The notes under the pieces were generated by a model that saw nothing but the letters and a program-made list of their open reading frames with translations, had not been told where the DNA came from and did no database searches. Below, one piece after another: positions 58,427 through 64,000 of a stretch of 64,000 nucleotides of DNA (its first letter is position 1; each line of letters starts with the position of its first letter). This stretch comes from Nitrospiraceae bacterium. Its GTDB lineage: Bacteria; Nitrospirota; Nitrospiria; Nitrospirales; Nitrospiraceae. The position numbers and the translations under genes are program-made. The stretch spans positions 1 to 64,000 of the forward strand of contig JBBIQV010000010.1 of the NCBI GenBank assembly GCA_037442105.1, written 5' to 3'.

Positions 58427-60610
58427 ATGGTGTACCAGACGGTTACCGACGTTGATGAACTGCTTGAGCGGGTGAAGGGGTATCACGCCGAGGCGGACCT
58501 CAGCCTGGTGCGGAAGGCCTACGAGTTTTCGGCCAAGGCCCATGCAGGCCAGGTGCGGTTGTCTGGCGAACCCTACCTGCAACATCCGTTGGCCGTGGCC
58601 GGCGTGCTGACCTCTTTGAAGACCGACGTGACCGCGATTGTCGCCGCCTTGCTGCACGACACGTTGGAAGATACCGTGGCGACGTCCGAGCAATTGGAGC
58701 GGGAGTTCGGCAAGGACGTATTGCATCTTGTGGACGGCGTGACGAAGATCGGCAAGATCGCCTTCCGGAATTCCGAGGAGAAGCAAGCGGAGAATTTCCG
58801 GAAGATGGTGCTCTCGATGGCGGACGATATCCGCGTCGTGCTGATCAAATTGGCCGATCGGCTGCATAACATGCGGACATTGGAGTACCTGAGCGAAGCC
58901 AAACGACAGCAGATTGCCCAGGAGACCCTGGAGATCTATGCGCCGCTCGCCAACCGTCTGGGGATCGGCTGGATCAAAAACGAGTTGGAGGACCTCTGCC
59001 TCAAGCATCTGAAGCCCGATGTGTATGAGATGCTTCGCGTGCGGGTGGCCAAGCGGGATGAGGACCGCCAGCAATACATCCACGAGGTAATGGAGCTCGT
59101 GAGGAAAGCGATGGATGAGGCGGGGTTGCCCGGCGAGGTGTATGGGCGGCCCAAACATCTCTACGGCATCTACCAAAAGATGGACAAGCAATCCATCTCC
59201 TTTGAAGAGGTCTATGACCTGGCCGCTCTTCGGATCGTCACGGACACGAAGATGAACTGCTATGCGTTGCTCGGCGTCATCCATTCGTTGTGGCGCCCGA
59301 TCCCGGGTCGGTTTAAGGACTACATCGCGATTCCCAAGTCGAACATGTATCAGTCGCTGCATACGACGGTAGTCGGGCCGAAAGGCGAACATGTCGAGTT
59401 CCAAATCCGGACCGAGGAGATGCATCTGGTGGCGGAGGACGGCATTGCAGCCCACTGGAAATACAAAGATGCCGGACGGATCGAAGAGAAAGACAGCAAG
59501 GCCTTCAGTTGGTTACGCCAGTTCTTGGAATGGCACAAGGATCTGCCGGATAACCGGCAGTTCATGGACTCGGTCAAGCTCGATCTCTTCCACGATGTCG
59601 TCTATGTGTTCACACCGAAGGGCATGGTGAAGGAATTGCCCAAAGGCTCGACGCCGGTCGATTTCGCCTATGCCATTCACACGGCAGTAGGGGATCACTG
59701 TGTGGGCGCGAAGGTCAACGGCAAGATCGTACCTCTCAGGCATCAGTTGGCAAGCGGCGATACGGTAGAGATTCTGACGTCGCCCAGTCAGACGCCGCAT
59801 AAAGATTGGCTCAAGTTTGTTCGAACGTCTCGCGCCAAGGCCAAGATCAAACATTGGGTCAAAGCGGAAGAGCAGAAGCGGAGCATCGAGATCGGTCGCC
59901 GGCTTCTGGAAGCGGAGTTCCGCCGTCATGGACTTGCGCCTGCGCAGATGCTCAAATCCGAGCAGTTGTTGGAAGTCGCGCACCAGGCCGGCCATGACTC
60001 GATCGATGAGTTGGCTGCCGCCGTGGGATTCGGCCACCTGGCGACGTCGGAGGTCATCACGCGATTGTGTGTTGTGCCTGCCGATGGGGCGAAAACCGTG
60101 GCTCCTGAACCGCCCGCCGTTCAGAAGCCGGTGTCCGGCAGGGCCGGCGACAAAGGGGTGCAGGTGAAGGGCGCGCATGATCTTCTGATGCAGCTCTCTC
60201 GCTGTTGCAATCCCATTCCCGGAGATCGGATTCTCGGCTATATCACTCGAGGGCGCGGGCTGACCATCCATACGATGGATTGCCCGAATCTCGAAGCGCT
60301 GGATTACGACAAAGATCGCCTGGTCGAAGTGGAATGGGATCAGGCAACGCCGGGTACCCACGCGGTGAAAGTGTCGGTCATTGCGGTCGACAAGACAGGT
60401 GTCTTGGCCAATGTGTCCTCCGCCATCGCCGAATGCCATGCGAACATCAGTCGCGCGGAAATTACGACCAGAGAAGATCGCAAGGCGGAGCTGGATTTCG
60501 TGATCGAGGTCTGCGACACGGCGCATCTGCATCGCGTGTTGAAGGCGATCGAGCGAGTGGCCGGCGTGATTACGACGCGCAGGGTACGGGCCTGGCAAGA
60601 GCGATCATGA
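58427..60610 (+). CDS. rel: Bifunctional (p)ppGpp synthetase/hydrolase (RelA/SpoT)
   Basis: HD 'LLHDTLED', 'RFKDYI', 'YQSLHT', TGS, CC and ACT domains. Confidence 0.96.
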   Translation: MVYQTVTDVDELLERVKGYHAEADLSLVRKAYEFSAKAHAGQVRLSGEPYLQHPLAVAGVLTSLKTDVTAIVAALLHDTLEDTVATSEQLEREFGKDVLHLVDGVTKIGKIAFRNSEEKQAENFRKMVLSMADDIRVVLIKLADRLHNMRTLEYLSEAKRQQIAQETLEIYAPLANRLGIGWIKNELEDLCLKHLKPDVYEMLRVRVAKRDEDRQQYIHEVMELVRKAMDEAGLPGEVYGRPKHLYGIYQKMDKQSISFEEVYDLAALRIVTDTKMNCYALLGVIHSLWRPIPGRFKDYIAIPKSNMYQSLHTTVVGPKGEHVEFQIRTEEMHLVAEDGIAAHWKYKDAGRIEEKDSKAFSWLRQFLEWHKDLPDNRQFMDSVKLDLFHDVVYVFTPKGMVKELPKGSTPVDFAYAIHTAVGDHCVGAKVNGKIVPLRHQLASGDTVEILTSPSQTPHKDWLKFVRTSRAKAKIKHWVKAEEQKRSIEIGRRLLEAEFRRHGLAPAQMLKSEQLLEVAHQAGHDSIDELAAAVGFGHLATSEVITRLCVVPADGAKTVAPEPPAVQKPVSGRAGDKGVQVKGAHDLLMQLSRCCNPIPGDRILGYITRGRGLTIHTMDCPNLEALDYDKDRLVEVEWDQATPGTHAVKVSVIAVDKTGVLANVSSAIAECHANISRAEITTREDRKAELDFVIEVCDTAHLHRVLKAIERVAGVITTRRVRAWQERS

Positions 60611-60665
60611 TGGCGGGAATCGCACGCGTGACTGTCCTTCCGAAAGATGTAGCCCCTCTCTCACC

Positions 60666-62186
60666 ATGAGTTTCGGCATTCTCCTCGGCAAACTGGCCGC
60701 GACCGCGCTCGGCATCGTCGCCGTGGTGGCAGGCCTGGCCTACCTTGCACAGAAGCGCCAAAGGGCGTTTCCTCTCTCCGTCATTGTCGGCGCCGGCCTG
60801 ACACTCCTTCTTGCCGGTGTGGTGCTGGTCTTCAGGAGCGGGCTCGTCGCTCCTCTTTCTCCGGGTGCCTTGAATTGGCTCGAAGTCGGGGCCTATCTCG
60901 GCGCCTCGTTTCTATTTCTGAAAACCGTCGATCTGCTGTTTATCGGCGACTATTTGGTGGAGCGACGGGGGACTTACATTCCGGATGTCGTTCGCAGCCT
61001 CATTCTGTTCACGGGACTTACAGCCGCTGCTTTGGTGATCTTGCGGCTGGTGATGAACATCAACGTCATCGCGCTTGTGGCGCTGCCGACCGTCGCGACG
61101 GCGGTCGTCGGTGTGGCCTTGCGCGACACGCTGGTCCGATTTTTTTCAGGCATCGCGCTGGGCAAGATGGTTCGAGTCGGGGATTGGGTCATGGTGCTGG
61201 ACCGTGAAGGGATGGTGGCGGACATCGGATTCGGTCATGTCGCCTTGGTCACGAGAGAACACGATACCGTGATGTTGCCGAACAATACCGTGATTGAAGC
61301 CGGTCTTGTGAACTTCAGTAAACCTACGACGGCGCATATCTGTTCCATCTCTGTGGAAGCCGCGTACCGAGCCTCGCCAAGCCAGGTTTGCGCGGTGTTG
61401 GTCGAGGCGGCGACGGCGGTCGAAGGGGTGTTGGCCGAACCGAAGCCTGTCGCGATCGTCTCGGCGTTCAACGAATCCGGGATCGAATACCGGCTTCGAT
61501 TTTCGATCAGTGATTTCGCTCGCCGTCTGCAGATTGAAAGCGCAGTCCGAACTTACATCTGGAACGCGTTTCAACGGAACGGGATTGATATCCCCTTTCC
61601 CCAGCGGGTGGTGCGGATGGTGGATGCCGGAGCCGATAAAAACGGCGGTAAGGAATCCGACCAGATCGTCGGCTATCTTGCGGCCGTCGATTTCTTTACC
61701 ATCCTTACTCCGAATCAGATTGAGGCGCTTGCCAGGGACGCAAGGATCCAGCAATTTCTCCCCGGAGAACAGATTGTGCGGCAAGGCGAATCAGGGCAGG
61801 ATCTTTATGTCATTCTGGACGGGGAAGCAGCGGTTTGCCTGGAACATGAAGGACGGAGTTCCATGGTTAGTACCCTCCATAAAGGGCAATTCTTTGGTGA
61901 AATGTCGCTGCTCACCGGCGATCCCCGTTCCGCGACGGTGCGGGCGATTACGCCGTTGGCGGTGGTGGCGGTGGGCAAGCAGGCGCTGAGCCGGGTAGTT
62001 CAAGAGGATGAACGGATCGTGAGCCGCATCGGCGAAGTTGTGGCGCGGCGGCAAGTGTTGACGGCGGCAGCCAAAGAACAGTTGAGTCGCGAGAGTGCCA
62101 GCCAGGCTGTGGCCAGACAAACCCAATCTTTGATTCAACGGATTCAGAAATTTCTGAGGGGCGGTTCTGGCGCGCAAAAAGGTTAA
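60666..62186 (+). CDS. MscS-family channel with cyclic-nucleotide-binding domain
   Basis: TM region, 'RVGDWV..EG.V', 'GIDIPFPQ', cNMP 'FFGEMSLLTGDPRSATVRA'. Confidence 0.92.
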   Translation: MSFGILLGKLAATALGIVAVVAGLAYLAQKRQRAFPLSVIVGAGLTLLLAGVVLVFRSGLVAPLSPGALNWLEVGAYLGASFLFLKTVDLLFIGDYLVERRGTYIPDVVRSLILFTGLTAAALVILRLVMNINVIALVALPTVATAVVGVALRDTLVRFFSGIALGKMVRVGDWVMVLDREGMVADIGFGHVALVTREHDTVMLPNNTVIEAGLVNFSKPTTAHICSISVEAAYRASPSQVCAVLVEAATAVEGVLAEPKPVAIVSAFNESGIEYRLRFSISDFARRLQIESAVRTYIWNAFQRNGIDIPFPQRVVRMVDAGADKNGGKESDQIVGYLAAVDFFTILTPNQIEALARDARIQQFLPGEQIVRQGESGQDLYVILDGEAAVCLEHEGRSSMVSTLHKGQFFGEMSLLTGDPRSATVRAITPLAVVAVGKQALSRVVQEDERIVSRIGEVVARRQVLTAAAKEQLSRESASQAVARQTQSLIQRIQKFLRGGSGAQKG

Positions 62187-62698
62187 GGCTGCTGGAACTG
62201 GAGCTTGACGCCTTTCTGGAGCCGTAGCGCCTCGGCCATCCCACCGGCCAGCTCGAGGACGAACATCGCGTCCTCATTCGGCCGATATTGCGGGCAGCTA
62301 TCGTCGGTTCTCGTGCAGATCGGCACGTTGCGTTCGATATGCACGATTTTCTTCTTTCCGTCCATCCAGATGATATCCAACGGGATCTTGGTGTTCTTCA
62401 TCCAAAAGGTCCAGGGCTGCGCGTCCGAGAACGTGAAGAGCATGCCGCGATCCCTGGGAAGGTTTTCTCGAAACATGAGCCCGCGCGATCGCTCTTGAGG
62501 GGTCGCGGCCAGTTCGGCGTGAATGAGTTCTCCTCCGGGCATCTGAATCCTGATGAGCTTCTCCTCCGGGCGAGTTTCCGCATTCACAGGGCCCCACATC
62601 CAACAGTGGGGCATGATCAATATCGCAATGGATGTCAGGAGTCTGGTGACTATACCAAGGAAGAATTGTCGCGCGGTTTGGTGGGCATGCGAGAACAC
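62183..62698 (-). CDS. DUF192-domain protein
   Basis: 'ERSRGLMFR..GMLF..FWMKNT.IPLDII..VLELAGG'. Confidence 0.9.
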   Translation of the reverse strand: MFSHAHQTARQFFLGIVTRLLTSIAILIMPHCWMWGPVNAETRPEEKLIRIQMPGGELIHAELAATPQERSRGLMFRENLPRDRGMLFTFSDAQPWTFWMKNTKIPLDIIWMDGKKKIVHIERNVPICTRTDDSCPQYRPNEDAMFVLELAGGMAEALRLQKGVKLQFQQP

Positions 62699-62863
62699 GG
62701 CGTCATCGTAACCAGCTTGCCGGAACTCGTCAAGGCTGAGGAGCGCCTGTTTCTGAGGGGCGCGATCCCTTCGCCATCTCGTACGCCTCGTTGTCTTGCA
62801 ATCGCAAAGAGTCCTGTGCGATTCTGTCCCACCGTTTCAACCGTGTTGTGGAGGGTAGGCGTC

Positions 62864-63049
62864 ATGAAAGAGAAGCGCAGAGTGTTGTACAAGAAAGGCG
62901 TGTTCGTGTGTCCGAAGTGCCGGCAGTCCTATGTTCAAGAGAAGTGGATGGAGGAATGGCGGATTCGCTGCCATAAGTGTGATTACCGCGGCACGTTGAC
63001 TGAGGTGTCGGTCGAAGAACACCTGGATGAAGAGACGATTCGTCATTAG
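62864..63049 (+). CDS. 61-aa Zn-ribbon microprotein
   Basis: MKEKRRVLYKKGVFVCPKC...RCHKCDY; GGAGGG upstream; 3' part of the 62288 ORF call. Confidence 0.65.
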   Translation: MKEKRRVLYKKGVFVCPKCRQSYVQEKWMEEWRIRCHKCDYRGTLTEVSVEEHLDEETIRH

Positions 63050-63947
63050 CTTAGTTGCGCTATTCATGACGGTTTCTCGCGAAGCTGATTTCGAACGATC
63101 AGGGCTATTCGCTGTTCGCTGCCGGCTTCTCGCTATCGGGAGCGCCGAGACTGCCTGTTCCGATGGCATGAGTGCCGGGATGGTCTGGTGGGGTGTCGAT
63201 TCTGTGACGAGGTAAGGTGATGATTCGCTCCGGTTGGGTAGCAGGGATCATCATCGGATGCCTGCTTGCTCTGAGCAACATTGCTGATGCCGGTGACTCT
63301 TCTTCTCCAACGAAGGTCCTCATCGCTTACCATTCGCTGTCCGGCAATACCGAGAAAATGGCTGACGCTGTTGCGGAAGGCGCCCGCAGTGTGCCCGGAA
63401 CGCAGGTGTTGGTCAAACGTGTCGGGCAGGTGACGGCCGATGAACTGCTTTCCTCTGATGCCATCATTGTCGGCTCGCCTGTCTATTGGTCCAACATGGC
63501 GGGCGAGGTGAAAACCTTCTTTGATAACTGGCAATTCAAGTTTGGCGTCTTTCCTGAGTTCAAAATGAAAGACAAGGTGGGCGCCGCGTTCGCGACGGGT
63601 GGCCAGATCTCCAGTGGTAAGGAACTCACGATGCTCACGATCCTTGCCGCGATGCTTGGAAATCAGATGATCGTCGTCAGCGGGGGCGGTGCGTTTGGAG
63701 CGTCGGCGACCACGGAAGGAGAGAGTCCTGGAGTAGATAGCAAGGAGGCTGCTGACGCCAGGAGTCTGGGACGCCGGGTTGCTGAAGTTGCCGCAATCGT
63801 CAGAGCCGGGATTGCCAAATAAACGTTTCCCGCAGCGCTGCTTCCTCGTAGATTTCCTCCCCAGGTTTTGCCGATTCGCCCTGCTGCCGGCTGGTTGGCA
63901 CACTTAGGCGCCGCAGAAACTCATGAATACATGAATAATGGGATTAG
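63050..63947 (-). mobile_element. Possible degenerate third copy of the MITE ends bracketing the flavodoxin gene
   Basis: 63050-63083 resembles the reverse complement of the right end; 63912-63947 resembles the reverse complement of the left end with CATGAATA duplicated. Confidence 0.5.
63217..63822 (+). CDS. Flavodoxin-fold NAD(P)H:quinone oxidoreductase (WrbA-like) with N-terminal signal-like peptide
   Basis: 'YHSLSGNTEKMA', 'IVGSPVY', 'KVGAAFATGG..GKE', 'ARSLGRRVA'. Confidence 0.88.
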   Translation: MMIRSGWVAGIIIGCLLALSNIADAGDSSSPTKVLIAYHSLSGNTEKMADAVAEGARSVPGTQVLVKRVGQVTADELLSSDAIIVGSPVYWSNMAGEVKTFFDNWQFKFGVFPEFKMKDKVGAAFATGGQISSGKELTMLTILAAMLGNQMIVVSGGGAFGASATTEGESPGVDSKEAADARSLGRRVAEVAAIVRAGIAK

Positions 63948-64000
63948 GCCAGAAGACGAATAGGGTCGGCTCTGAGGGTTACCGGGCGACTTTCGAACAG

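Noticed and set aside
62288..62863. 5' part of the 253-aa ORF
   Set aside because: Antisense to DUF192; only the last 61 codons have an RBS and a motif.

Overview
GC-rich bacterial chromosomal window, very probably from a nitrite-oxidising Nitrospira-like organism. This is inferred from gene content: three NxrC/ethylbenzene-dehydrogenase-gamma-like proteins, a TorD/DmsD chaperone, two Q-loop-less cytochrome bd-like subunits and a Pup ending GGE. Almost all genes are on the + strand. (1) 0.9-25.7 kb is a periplasmic/membrane redox cluster: a 1629-aa MnxG-type multicopper oxidase, two proteins with cupredoxin-like C-x2-H-x2-M motifs, HEAT, methyltransferase, DUF420 and PCP_red proteins, two bd-like paralogues without CydB, two non-catalytic FGE-fold proteins, three c-type cytochromes and mobA. 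It also holds two 38/40-aa membrane microproteins missing from the ORF track, behind a perfect sigma70 promoter. (2) 25.7-38.8 kb is housekeeping and signalling (GT9, argS, tgt, yajC-secD-secF, PAS histidine kinase, sigma54 activator, WD40). (3) 39-52.6 kb is a molybdoenzyme (NXR-type) maturation/electron-transfer block: HExxH protein, NapF/G-like ferredoxin, chaperone, two NxrC-like genes, B12 radical SAM, TPR, tatA, NHL, PDZ and two pentahaem cytochromes. nxrAB are not in the window. (4) 52.7-64 kb holds an hsdR remnant, hppA, an orphan pup, recJ, rel, MscS-cNMP, DUF192, a Zn-ribbon microprotein and a flavodoxin. A non-autonomous TIR element occurs twice intact with different interiors, each inserted at a TAG stop codon, and a third degenerate pair of its ends appears to bracket the flavodoxin gene. 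No rRNA, tRNA or CRISPR array was seen. All family calls are from motif reading, not database searches.
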